From NCBI GenBank assembly GCA_004764695.1, contig SMSO01000035.1, positions 3,546,040-3,610,039 on the forward strand: 64,000 nt of DNA, in the 5' to 3' direction. This DNA comes from Schizochytrium sp. TIO01 (lineage: Eukaryota > Protista > Bigyra: Labyrinthulomycetes). Position numbers and translations under genes: made by a program. The notes beneath the pieces are model-generated. The model searched no databases. It saw only the letters and a list, made by a program, of their open reading frames with translations, and was not told where the DNA came from. Shown piece after piece: positions 12,832-24,862 of the stretch (positions are counted from its first letter, which is position 1; every line of letters begins with the position of its first letter).

Positions 12832-15800
12832 ATGGTTTCCCAGGAGCTTTGCGAGAAGATCCTCAAGGCCGAGACCAACGAGTCTCTCAAGGAGGTCGCC
12901 GAGCAGCTCGCGGCTGAGGTCAAGGATGCCGGCGTTGAGGCCTTCGTCGGCGACAACGGTCTCCTCAAGACCCTCGATGCCGCCCTCGGTGACGAGAACA
13001 ACGCCGTCGCTCGCGAGGGTGGTGTACTCCTCTTCGGTGCCCTCTCCAAGAAGGTCAAGGGTGCCGCTCTTCCCTTCCTCCTCCCCCGCCTCGACACTGT
13101 AATTGACCAGGCCGGTGACAAGAAGTCCGCTGACCTCCGTAAGGCCGCCTCCAAGGCTGCCAAGGCTGTCGTCAAGATCATGACCCCGGCCCCCGTCGCC
13201 ATGCTCTTCGACCACCTCCTCAAGGAGGCCCAGGAGCACCCCAAGTGGCAGGTCAAGGTTCTCTGCATGGAGCTCCTTGCCGCCTTCACCGAGGTCGGCC
13301 CCGACTTCATCGCCACCCGCATGGTTGAGCTTGTGCCTGCCCTCTCCGCCCTCATGTGGGACTCCAAGAAGCAGGTCAAGGAGGCCGCCGCCGCCGCTCT
13401 CCAGGCTTGCTGCAAGTCCATCGACAACAACGATATTCCAGCCCTTCGTGCCTGCCCTCGTCGCTGCCATCGCCCACCCCGACCAGGTCGAGGAGTGCGT
13501 TCACACTCTTGCCGCCACCACCTTCGTCCAGTCCGTCGATGCCTCTGCTCTCTCCATCACTGTGCCCCTCCTCGAGCGTGGCTTCCGTGAGAAGAAGACC
13601 GCCGTCAAGCGTAAGTGTGCCGTCATCACTGAGAACTTGGCCAAGCTCGTCGACAACCCCGACCACGTCGCCACCTTCATGCCCGTGCTCGAGCCCGCTC
13701 TTGCCAAGGCCTCCGAGGAGGTCGCTGACCCCGAGTGCCGTTCCCGTTGTGCTGCTGCCCACCAGGCTCTCCTCGACATTGCCAAGCGTGGCAACCGCGT
13801 CGCCGCCCTCGCTGCCGCCCCCATCGACAAGGTCGAGGCTGCCGTCAAGAAGGCCGTGACCAAGTTCGAGGGTAAGGTCGCCGATGAGGCCCAGGAGGTT
13901 TCCTTCAAGTTCGCCGCTCGCTGCGCCCAGCTCCTCTCCACCACCGACGCCGATGCCGATGACTACAAGGAGACCCTCATCCCGGTCCTCAAGGTTCTCA
14001 TGCCCGAGGGCAAGAACAAGAAGGCTGACTGTGAGCCCGTCGCCGCCGCTATCCGCCAGGAGATGCTCTCCGGTGATGCCGCCGCCACTGGTGGTGCCAA
14101 GGAGGAGTTCGAAGAGGACGAGGAGGACAAGAAGCTCGAGCAGCTCTGTGATTGCCGTTTCTCCCTTGCCTACGGTTCCCGTATTCTTCTCAACAACGCC
14201 CGTCTCTACCTCAAGCGTGGTATGCGCTACGGTATCGTGGCCGCCAAGTCTGCCGGTAAGACCACCCTCCTTACCTCCATCGCCAACGGCCAGGTTGAGG
14301 GCTTCCCCGTCGACAAGCTCAAGACCATCTTTGTGCAGACCGATATCCCTGCCAAGAAGGCCCGCTGGTCCATCATCGAGTTCGCCAAGGACGCCGTCAT
14401 GGAGGAGATGAAGCTTTCCGAAGAGGAGATCGCCTCTGCTCTTGTCGAGTCTGGCTTTGAGGGCCGTCTCAACGACCCCATTACCTCCTTCTCTGGTGGT
14501 CAGCGCATGAAGCTCGCCCTTACCGTTGCTATGCTCCGTAAGGCCGATATTCTCCTTATGGATGAGCCCACTAACCACTTGGACGTCATCAACGTTCAGT
14601 GGGTCGTCGACTACCTCATGGGTGACCACTGCAAGAACGTCACTTCCCTCATTGTCTCCCACGACACCAAGTTCCTCGACAACGTGTCCACCCACATCAT
14701 CCACTTCGACACCCTCAAGCTCAACAACTACAAGGGTAACCTTTCCAAGTTCGTCGAGCGCTTCCCTGAGGCCAAGGCTTACTACGACTTGACCGCTTCC
14801 AAGCTTGCCTTCAAGTTCCCCAAGCCTGGTCCTCTCGATGGTGTCAAGTCCAAGGGTCGTCCCATCATGTCCATGACTGACGTCTCCTTCACCTACCCCG
14901 GCTGCGAGAAGCCCCAGCTCGAGCACATCAGTGTCCGTGTCTCTATGGCCTCCCGTATTGCCTGTGTCGGTGCCAACGGTGCCGGTAAGTCCACCATGAT
15001 CAAGCTCCTCACCGGTGAGTTCAAGCCGAGCAAGGGTGTCATCTTCAAGCACCCCAACTGTAAGTTCGCCTACGTCGCTCAGCACGCCTTCCACCACATC
15101 GAGCAGCACCTTGACAAGACCGCCAACGAGTACATCCAGTGGCGTTACCAGGGTGGTGAGGACAAGGAGGCTCTCCGCAAGGAGACCGTCAAGATCTCTG
15201 ACGAGGAGGCCGCCAAGATGAAGGAGCCCATCCAGGTCAACGTCGAGACCGAGGATGGCAAGACCCTCAAGGAGAAGCGCGTCGTCGACCGCATTCTCTC
15301 CCGCCGTAAGAACGGTAAGACCCTCGAGTACGAGGTCAAGTGGGTTGGCAAGTCCCAAGACCAGAACACCTGGTTCCCCCGTGACAAGCTCGAGGACCTC
15401 GGCTTCAAGAAGCTCCTCGATGAGGTCGATCGTCGCAAGGCCGCCGCTGAGGGTGCCTTCCAGCGTGTCCTCTCCCAGGCCAACGTCGAGAAGCATCTTG
15501 AGGATGTCGGTCTCGACCGTGAGCTCGGAACCCACAACCGTATCCGCTCCCTCTCTGGTGGCCAGAAGGTCAAGGTCGTGCTTGCCGCTGCCATGTGGGC
15601 CCAGCCGCACTTGATCATTCTCGATGAGCCCACCAACTACCTCGATCGTGAGGCCCTTGGTGCCCTCGCCACCGCCATCAACAACTTCGAGGGTGGTGTT
15701 CTTCTCATTACCCACAACCAGGAGTTCGCTGATGCCACCACCCGCGAGACCTGGGTCGTCGCCAACCACCGTTGTGATATCAAGGGTGATGCCGACTGGG

Positions 15801-16015
15801 CCGCCTACGCCGCTGAGGCCCTCGAGCTTGCCGCCGAGGAGGAGCAGGTCGATGCTCTCGGAAACAAGATCGAGAAGAAGAAGCTCCCCAAGGATGTGTC
15901 CGCCAAGGACAAGAAGAAGATGATGAAGGAGCTCAAGAAGAAGATCAAGGATGACGATGACATGACCGAGTTCGAGGAGGCTTGCGCCACCGAGTGGGGT
16001 CTCTTCTCTGCTTAA
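12832..16015 (+). CDS. eEF3: Translation elongation factor 3 (eEF3; HEAT + 2 ABC domains + chromodomain), about 1060 aa when the +1 frameshift at 13438 is bridged
   Basis: ORF 12832 (HEAT region, KWQVK, MWDSKKQVK, SIDNNDI) continues in the +1 frame as QPFVPALVAAIAHPDQVEECVHTLAATTFVQSV, matching the eEF3 DNxDIxxFIPxL...LxATTFV segment. ABC1 has FSGGQ/LLMDEPTNHLD. ABC2 has GANGAGKST, YVAQHAFHHIE, a chromodomain (YEVKWVGKSQDQNTW) and LSGGQKVK/LDEPTNYLD. Lys-rich tail and extreme C-ending codon bias. Confidence 0.96.
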
Positions 16016-16820
16016 ACGGTGTATTAGTTCCTCTCCTGAGCCCATGCCTGCATTTGCTTAGCTTTGAATTTGATGAATTGACTTTTGTTTCCCTACTCTC
16101 GCTTTCTAGTTTGATTTATGTACTCCTCCGAGTTCTTGATTGCTGTTGCTCTGGCGCTTGAAAAGGTTCTATCCACTGAGTTGAATTCTTAGGAAAGAGT
16201 ACAGCTCCTTTTTCTCTAGTTAGATCGTTGTACGTAAAGAACATGGTATCTGGTCTGGGCCAAAGTTGAGGAGCAGTCTAGCTTAAGTGTACATTGAGTA
16301 TTTTATGAACGATCTTTGTGTTAGTCTGTCCCCACTGATGTTTAGATATTGTCTTACTTAAAATTTAATATTACAATTACTCATCATGCTGCTATGAGAT
16401 TAAAAGCCTAAGTTGTTTCTGGAATATAAAATTTGAAACGTTGCTAGGTGTGGACTTGATAGTAAACTGCCAAATTTTAGTTATGGTATTATGCCCAGAA
16501 ATTAGGGCAAGGGAAATAATAAGAACCATGCCTTTCTTATTCTTAGCAACCTAAGCTGAGCAAGACTATGTATACATAAGGATTCCATTTCAGTGGAAAC
16601 AAAGGATATTATCTCCTTTTCGACGATCGAAACGACTGTTCAGAAACACAGCTGCAATATTTTAGTTCAGATGCATTCGAATCAGAGTTACGAAGTGCAT
16701 AATATTCTAGGTAACATTTTAGTTAAGTGGTCTAGATGAACAATTTTCACATTGTAAATTTGAGGTTGACCTTACCCTTGGAAGGATGGAGGCCTCTGCA
16801 CAAATGGACTTAGCGCCTTA

Positions 16821-19025
16821 TCAGAGCTCTGTCGGATCATAAAGAACAGCCTGCCTGCACTTCTCGAGATCTTCTGGTGTTGGTTTCATAAAATATGGAA
16901 TATGCATAAGAATCCTGGAGACTGGGAGGTCAAGCTGATCTGCAAGAGCGAGTTCAAAAGCTACTTGAGTCGTATACGTGCATGATTCACTCAAACCCTG
17001 GTTCTCACGAAAATCCTTGGCAGCGTTGCGAACTCCATCTAGCCGCCTACGTGCAGACTCGGACACAAAGGCATCAGACTGAGATGATTGTTTCGCAATC
17101 ATATGTATATTTGAGAAAATACGTAATGCATCGCAAGCTGTGGAGTCTTTGGTAATCTCACTAGCAATATAGCTTTGAACCCGACGCTGCATTATGAACT
17201 GTTCCAAAACTTCACACACTCGTTTCGCAAAGGTTTTTTGCGTTTCAGTCATTGTCATCTCACGTGTGCACCGCAATAAAGCCAGAAACTGTAACAGTTG
17301 AGCTTTAGTTGAACGAGGGAGAGGCCTCAAATATGAGAATGCCCGTGTTACGATATCACGCGATGATTGCCGCCCTCTTGACAATGGTTCCCCTTCATTG
17401 GTGTCGGGGTCAATTGAGTCGTCAAACATCCCGTCTGCTTGCGCTTTCTGACCCCAAAACTTTCGTGCATGAGAGAGGTTTGTGAACTTGATCTCTTCAA
17501 ACGTACACGGAGTTACACTTACGTAAGCTCCTTTCCATACCTTACTAAGGTACGTTTCCAGAAAGATGCGTGCTCCGCCATCTAGCCCAGTCTTGCCCAG
17601 TGCGGAAAAATAACACATTGCAGGCGAAGTGCCTACTTGGAGAGCAGCAGCTGGTATCGAAGTAATGCGTTCACAATCTGAAATATCAAATGACCACATT
17701 GGAACGTCTAGGCGAGGACGACGTAGCGGGAGGCGTTGAAGTGATGGGCACTTAGGCACTACAAGACCTATTAAGGGCAGCGTATCAGGTAGGCTGACGA
17801 GAGATTGACAGTTGCAAGCCTCCAGGTGACTCCCTGTGAACGGACCTTCGATTGACTTTAACATTTGACAGTCTTCGAACCAGGCATAGCCTCGGTCAAA
17901 TCCACCGTGCATGATCTCAAGCTCACTGCACTCTGTGACGCGCATAAGTTCACCGGTGACACAGAGATTTGCCGGGATCTCTTTAATGTTGGCGTTCTTC
18001 AAAAATATTTTATTTGCATGCATGTTATCCAAAAGACTTTCAAAGCCCGGACCTGCATAGAATTTGCCATTAAGTTCGCGCATTGACTCAGGCAAAGCTC
18101 GAATACCACTCCCTTCTATATTAACATCGCCACGAACTTTCATTCCCTCAGGCAGCACAGTAAGATTAGAGCAGCCTTTCAAGTACAAACCTTTACCTAT
18201 TCTCATATCAGCAGATAATTCACGTAGCCCTGGTGTATGAGAAACATTTAAAAAGCCCCGAACACGTAAACCCGGAGATATAACTTCCAGCGATGAGCGA
18301 GACGCATCGATATCGCCGCCAACATAGAGGTGAGCAGGAAGAACCTTTAAAGCTCCAGTCTCTGCAACGCCTACTAATGACAGGTGCAAGTGTCCTGGTA
18401 CATAAAGGTCTTCAGGAAGAGCTTGTAGTGATGGACAACCCTCAATTGCAAGATCTCCAGGGTATTTCACATACTGACGTGGGTTGAGAGGTTTCTTTAC
18501 CCAACCTTGTCGCACAGGGTGTGGCACATCTCCAAAGCCAAGCTCAACAAAATCTTGGCGTCGAAGGCGCTGCGCGCTTTTTATTGTGGTCACGTTAACC
18601 GACATGAGCTTCCAGAACGCTAGTCTGTCCTCTGCATCTGAACCTTCATTACAGAAAGTCTTGTGAATAGCTATCATCTCGTTTGTCATGTATGTTCCAC
18701 TTGTTATGCGAAAATGTTTTCCAATACGACGTAATTTGGGGCAAAGCTGTGCCACAAGCACAGAAACTTCGAGGTGTGATGGAAGCTCTTGCAAGTCTGG
18801 TGCTTCACTAACATCAAGGATGCCATTTTTCACCACAAGAGGTGGTAAATGCGTGAAGTTCTTTTTCCGCAAGTTGACAATGCGTGGCTCTACTGGAGCT
18901 AATGCACAGTCTACTACAATACGCCCGCGCTTGTCTACGCTTAGGCCTAGCTCAAATCGTTGCAATTCCTGTGCTACTTCTGGCTCACATGCCACACCCA
19001 AAACTTCGACAAGTTCTGTCACCAT
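16821..19025 (-). CDS. Leucine-rich-repeat protein with C-terminal NEL (IpaH/SspH-type novel E3 ligase)-like domain, 734 aa
   Basis: About 22-aa repeats LPxxLxVxGxLxxxxCxxL (LPEDLYVPGHL, LPAHLYVGGDI, LPEGMKVRGDV). The C-terminus reads QFLALLRCT...KRVCEVLE...STACDAL...RRLDGV...AFELALADQLDLPV...M...TPEDLEKC, which is colinear with the IpaH NEL pattern FLDRLSDT...QVAAWLE...TESCEDR...FRLEIL...AFQTMLAEKLQL...M...TANDLRTA. Intronless. Confidence 0.8.
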   Translation of the reverse strand: MVTELVEVLGVACEPEVAQELQRFELGLSVDKRGRIVVDCALAPVEPRIVNLRKKNFTHLPPLVVKNGILDVSEAPDLQELPSHLEVSVLVAQLCPKLRRIGKHFRITSGTYMTNEMIAIHKTFCNEGSDAEDRLAFWKLMSVNVTTIKSAQRLRRQDFVELGFGDVPHPVRQGWVKKPLNPRQYVKYPGDLAIEGCPSLQALPEDLYVPGHLHLSLVGVAETGALKVLPAHLYVGGDIDASRSSLEVISPGLRVRGFLNVSHTPGLRELSADMRIGKGLYLKGCSNLTVLPEGMKVRGDVNIEGSGIRALPESMRELNGKFYAGPGFESLLDNMHANKIFLKNANIKEIPANLCVTGELMRVTECSELEIMHGGFDRGYAWFEDCQMLKSIEGPFTGSHLEACNCQSLVSLPDTLPLIGLVVPKCPSLQRLPLRRPRLDVPMWSFDISDCERITSIPAAALQVGTSPAMCYFSALGKTGLDGGARIFLETYLSKVWKGAYVSVTPCTFEEIKFTNLSHARKFWGQKAQADGMFDDSIDPDTNEGEPLSRGRQSSRDIVTRAFSYLRPLPRSTKAQLLQFLALLRCTREMTMTETQKTFAKRVCEVLEQFIMQRRVQSYIASEITKDSTACDALRIFSNIHMIAKQSSQSDAFVSESARRRLDGVRNAAKDFRENQGLSESCTYTTQVAFELALADQLDLPVSRILMHIPYFMKPTPEDLEKCRQAVLYDPTEL

Positions 19026-22000
19026 CGTAGTCTTTTTGAAAACTTCTCTGAAAGCGGAGCAAACTGTGAGGGTATGATCGCTAGATGTGAAATCTCTATC
19101 CTTGATGTGGCGTCGGTCTCCTTGACTTCCGCAAGTCTGCAGCTGGGTCCAGCAATGTTTGACTCTGCCACTCCGTTAAAAGTTTTCTTCTCAATGTTGT
19201 TCTAATTTTCACGCGCGGCTGCACGCGCTGCACCGAGAAGTTTTGCTTTGTTTCTTGCCCGGGGCCTCTATTGTCCTCTTGGCCAAGCACGCAAGCAAGC
19301 AGGTAGGCAGCCAAAGAAGACGCCTCGGATCGACGGGCACGGTCAAACTTGCACGTGACAAAGAAGAGGAGTTGAAGCTGGACCACACGGGTTGGGAACG
19401 AGTTACTATAAGCAATTGAATGCTTTGACGCAAGCCCGTCTTAAAACCCAGGGTACTGGCTGGTCCTTGCCGGGTCGAGGCAAGTCTTGCTGATGTACAA
19501 GATCCCCAACTGGGTATCCTCTACCTATGTGCCGCCTCCCCCAGTCCTGAGGAGAAGGCGTGGGGTTGAGTGAGGAAGAAGTGGGTCTGCCGCACCTTAT
19601 CACAAAATCGCTGACGATGAGGCCGAGATCACCTTTTTTAATTTTAATTATGTATATATATTTTTTTATTTTTTTTCTTCTAATGCATTAGTTGTACTTC
19701 TAGTACTTCAATATACCTCCTTTAATACTAGTGGGTAGCCATAATAAAAAGAGCTTTTCTCGTTTATTTCTTTCTTTCTTTCCGCAAATCGAAGCAATCA
19801 TAAAGAAGAAAACCTCGACAGCTTTGCATCACTGTTAGAGCTAGAGGACGAGATCTAAAACCAAAACTTCGTGACCTACAGCAAAATACCTAGGTATTGT
19901 TGTACATTTACTGCGGTAAAGTCGTAGGTACCTACAGGAGGTGGCTTTAAAGAATCTGTGAGAAGTTGAAAATTGTGCGAGTATCATATTGTTTTATATT
20001 CAGGATAATAAACTTCTTCATAATAGGTACCTACTTACTGCTTAGAGTGAGAACAAAGTGGTAGCGCAGGTGCTTTTTTGCAGAACTGTTGAGTCTTCTT
20101 CCATCATCATTCCAGGCTGACAGAACACTTATTTACCTTCTATGTACTATCGAATTCACGCAGAACGCAGAAGATGATCATCTTCGTCAGCAGACAGCCT
20201 TATTGACAATCCTTCGAACGTACGAGGAAGAAACTATTTGAGTTTATAACATTTCCCAATTGCTTACTTCCATGGCTTGGTTTCTCTGCCTCTCTCCGAA
20301 CTAGAATATTTTATCTTCAAAACCCTCAAGTTGAGCAGCGCTCTTATTTAGTTGGCTGTGGCAGCTGGATGTCTTCATAATTCTAACTTTTTGGCAGCGC
20401 AAGAGTCAGCGAGCGCGTTTCTTAGCCAAAAAGAGTTCCAACAGAGAATGCTCTTTTTTATTTTTTTATTTTTTTATTTTTTATTTTTTATTTTTTATTT
20501 TTTTATTAAATCTAAAAAATCGACAATTTGCTTGGAAGACTAAGGAATGCGAGCTTTTGGGCTAAGATAAGCGGCCAGCGTCGCGAGCGAGCGTTACGGT
20601 GTGCGTAGCCTTCCTCGAAACAGGCGTGCGACATGATAACAACCAGCAGTGAGATGCCACGAGCCTTGGGTCGAGCACGCACTTCCTACCAGCCCTCTCG
20701 AGTGCAGAACGCAACATATTATTAGTATTCCTTACAGAGTTCACCCTTCAAGTTCTTCTTCATAATTCCACGGCACCTAGTACCTCGAAAACTATATCAA
20801 AATCATGGTAGCTCACCCTGCTAGGCCCCGGCATCTCTTGACGCATTCCCATGTGGAGCCAGGTGCCTACTGCCTATCATTTATTGCCGAGACAAAGTTA
20901 GCAATGCCGCCTCTTCTTCACCTGAAGAGTGGATGTCCCAAACCATGTAGCGATGTCTTCGAAGAGACTGCTGCCGACAGCATGTAATACTTCGCCTTTT
21001 CAACTCCTGAAGTCTTCGGGCCTCCGTGGCACACACGCAACCGAGAAGCATTTTACTCGTTACTCGTAACTCGTAACTCGCGAGAGTGAGAGTGAGAGTG
21101 AGAGTGAGTTGAAAAAAGCCTTTCCCTCGCTTACTCGCCAGCGAAGCGGATCTCGAGCGTCTCGAAGCGAGCATCAGCCAGCTACCACGCTGATTCGACG
21201 CAGCCGAATCATTCCAAAGGACCGAGTTTTGATTGCCAGGGTGGCCACCAGTGCGATGACGACGAGTAGATCCATTTGCATCCAAGATCAACTTCGTATC
21301 GTAATCAACTTTAATGAATGCGGCTCGGATGAATTGCAATGTTGGTGTGATGATCTAGTTTCCTCCCGCCCTGGCGCACCCGTGTGCAAGAGAAGTAAAA
21401 AGAAAAACAACTTGCTTGAAAGAGGGCTAGGAAGCTGAGTGATTAGAAGAATTTTGTAGAAAGCAGGTGTGTACCGTGGTGCCCAAGCCGAAGCTCGAGA
21501 TCGTGAGTATGGCATTATTGACTTATTCAGGTTTACAAGAGGGCAGGTTGACGGATAGATTGGCATTGAGCTGTTCAATGATAGTGTGTTAATATTTAGT
21601 GCTCCGTATTCATTTTTTAAAGAGCAAAATCGAAATATGTAAATATGTGTCAATCGAGAGATGAGTTGTCTGAGAAGTCGAATTGCGGGACCGACACGGT
21701 GTTTCATTGCAGTTCTTGTATTGAATTTATTGCGTCAACTGAATTCACAACAATTCTGTATGGAAATATCGAAGATCGCTCGATAAGATAAACGAACGAA
21801 GTAGGCGAAAAGTCCTCTTTAAAGCTCCTAGGTTGGACCACAAAGATGGAATTCTAGAACCTCGCCAATCTCTTGTGCCTTAACGCCTAGGTACTACTTA
21901 TGTATGAAACAGTATTCTTGTGGTCCGGAATTGAATAAAAGATTCGGATATGCGGAACAGGTGGGTGAGATATTATTGCACTACGACACCTTCAAGATAC

Positions 22001-23578
22001 AGATTTTGTTCGATCTTATTTAACCGGAAAAGTTAATATGAAAGGCTTTTAGAGACTGTTACCTCAATTAACCTATAATTGTAATCAAAAGCTCAATAAG
22101 TTGTGGTCTATTGTCAACAGGGCAGCGACGCGATACCTCGGTGACTGCGGCGTTAGCTGGTGCCGTAAGGAAGAACATCATCACAAGAGAAGACTGATTG
22201 AATTCGTCTTGAAGGAAGGGAACAACGCACTCAAAGCTCTAATCCATCAAATTCATTTTTTTTCAATTGCCATGTTTTCAAAATATGTTATTCATTTTAA
22301 ACAATAAGTTGCGAGTCCTTTTCTATATATACTTGGAAAAAAAAAAAGTCCAACTCTGAAGACCATACCAAAAAACGCCTGCTGGGGTTGGAAAGGATTC
22401 GCAAAGACTTGTGCAGGTACCGATTTGCATTCACCGTGTACCGGGAGCACTTTTAAAGCGATGCCGACCTCATAACAATAAAAAAACATTTAATTTTTAA
22501 AAGCTTTAAACAGTATTTGGATGATAAAACTGCGAAGGCACATTCGCAAGCTAGTACCTTCAATATTTGAGTTGTACCAGACACTCTTGCTAGTCAATCA
22601 AAGGCTATGTGGCTTATACCTCACCGTAGTACCGAAAGAGGTAAGAGGCACGCTCGGTACAACAAGTTTTAGTTTTTGGCAATGCACACACGAATGCTAT
22701 AGATACCTTATGTTTCTCATCTTTAGAGTAAAGATTGCGACGAGCCTGAGCGAAAGCGCGGAGTATTAAATTTCGCCAGGCGTCATTCTCGCTGGAATAG
22801 AATATAGTACAAGCATTTATGGCCGCGGGATCAATCTTTTCAGGCTTTGGTTTTAGATGAGAACGACCATCAAAGGGTACAGCTAGGAGATGATATCATT
22901 CGACTGGGTCTCTGGCTCCCAGATCGAGTTAGTTGCTGGTGTCTCTAAATTTCTTCTGGATTAACCAAAAGAACCCTTACACATAGCATTTATCTTCGGA
23001 AGTTTCGAGCGAGACCTTTTGTAGTTTCGAGAGCCACCTTGAGTTGAGATAAGGAACTCATGAATGCTAACCATGATTACAATGATGGCATTTGAGAGAC
23101 CTGCTAGCTATCATAATTAATGACTTTGCCAAAGGACCATGTCCACAACTACTCGAAGAGAGTATTTGCATACTACAAGACAAATTAATGTAATCAAGCC
23201 TGGAACAGAGATCTTCATCATTCATCTGCCAAAACTATAATGATACAAAGTTTAATCTTTAACGCATGGCCCCTCTGTTTCAAAAGGGCCTGTAGAGATA
23301 CCTCTTTTCATCAGCACTTACTCTCTCTCTTCTTAACATTAAAAGGTTTTGACTTGATGAAAACACTTTTGGATCTCGTTTCCTAATGGTTCCTGCCATT
23401 TCGCGCTTGCGCAACAAGCATAAATCCTGAAGAACCCGCTTGGATCTTTTGCTCTTACCTTTCCAAGTTCTACACAGTTCCCTTCACCTCATGATGCTAT
23501 CGGTGCCTAGGTGCTGGACCATCACAAACAAGCCTATTTATTATATTTTATATTCCTATATCATCGACTAGTTATATA

Positions 23579-23580
<2 letters not shown>

Positions 23581-23643
<63 letters not shown>
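23581..23643. repeat. (TTA)21 microsatellite
   Basis: Read directly from the sequence. Confidence 0.95.
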
Positions 23644-23645
<2 letters not shown>

Positions 23646-24546
23646 GAAATAACAGGGTGCAGTCCTACCTAGGTAGTACCTTTCATTTTGCCTTCACCCA
23701 ACCAAGGAAACGCTCTGCCCGTGGTAGCAGATCAGATGATGACGACGTATCCACGGTCCGGCTCGCTTCGGTCTTGTGGATGCCTCTCGTTACGAGCTCT
23801 CCAGCTATGTATGGCCTGACTCTTTTCCATCCCAATCTTGCCATCTTGAGCGAGGGAGCGTTCGAGGCTCAATTGTTTTCAACTTCGCCTTTCAATCACA
23901 TCGCACACCTCTCAGTGTCGCAGTAGTTAGCCATTGCTAGGAGGTATTAGGACGCTGCCTAAGGATGTATCCTCACTGGTACGTGCTGCGAAGTAGTCCT
24001 CGGCTGGGCTAGCCAACTACTAGGCGGTCGCTACCCACCCAGCGGCGTAGCTAAGCCGTACGTAGGCACTCCTAGCGCCATGCGCAATCTCATGTTCACG
24101 TTTGCGGGAACTGCGCTGGGCGCCTCTGTTCTGCACTCTTTGCGAAGAATCTTCGTACTCGGATTACTTACTGCCAAGCATCGAACCACAATCGATCGAG
24201 CTCCACGCGAGAGCTCATGGCAGGTTTCCTGGAGGTGGTGTTTGGTTATAACAAGCAAGCTCAAGCTCAATGTGGAGAAGGGGAACTTGCATGTGATTGC
24301 GCCTGATTTCTATGGCATGTGACAATTGTCGAGATGATTGATGGCTAGTGCGATTCGTTCACAACAAATAAAGTAAACTTTGGAGTGGAGTGGAGAAGAG
24401 AACAAGACCCGGTCCAGCTTGCGAGACAAGACAGTCGAGTTGAACTTGGAGGTGTGTGGGATTAAGGATTGGTACAATGAAAAGAAGTGTTGAGTTTGTA
24501 CTAGTATCGGCAACGATAGTTGAAGATTCATACAGGTAGATGCTCC

Positions 24547-24594
24547 TTGTGAGGTTCTCTTTGTGAGGTTCTCTTTGTGAGGTTCTCTTTGTGA
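24547..24594. repeat. 14-bp minisatellite TTGTGAGGTTCTCT, three copies plus a partial
   Basis: Perfect head-to-tail copies with no spacers. Confidence 0.9.
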
Positions 24595-24862
24595 TGAACT
24601 GGGGAAACAAAACTGAATACACTCTTTAGAATGTAGTCGTGTCGTATTTTGATTCCATGGTACTTTGTTGACAGGTACTTGTCCTCAAAGTCTATTTTTT
24701 TTTTATAATAGAGATTTACTTTCTTTTTTCTTTCTTTTTTAAATTAAAAAATTAGAAGAAAAGTTATTACCTTTTTAAACGCTTTAAAATTAATAATTGT
24801 TTCCAAATCTACAAAAGTAATCACTATCATTTGTTTCTGAAGAAGATGCAACATAATAACGA

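Noticed and set aside
13277-13438. N-terminal part of the 912-aa ORF as a separate gene start
   Set aside because: It begins at a TTG and translates as off-frame Pro/Ser/Arg-rich sequence. Homology lies in the 12832 frame up to 13437.
13376-16045. 889-aa antisense ORF over eEF3 (also the 438-aa ORF antisense to FARSA and those over TypA and GCN1)
   Set aside because: Shadow ORFs caused by strong sense-strand codon bias, since avoiding TTA/CTA/TCA removes antisense stops. No motifs.
24217-24322. LHVIAPDFYG resembling an alpha/beta-hydrolase (dienelactone hydrolase) strand
   Set aside because: A single short motif followed by a stop, with no nucleophile motif downstream.
24547-24594. Direct repeats as a CRISPR array
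   Set aside because: 14-bp head-to-tail units with no spacers, no cas genes and a eukaryotic context.
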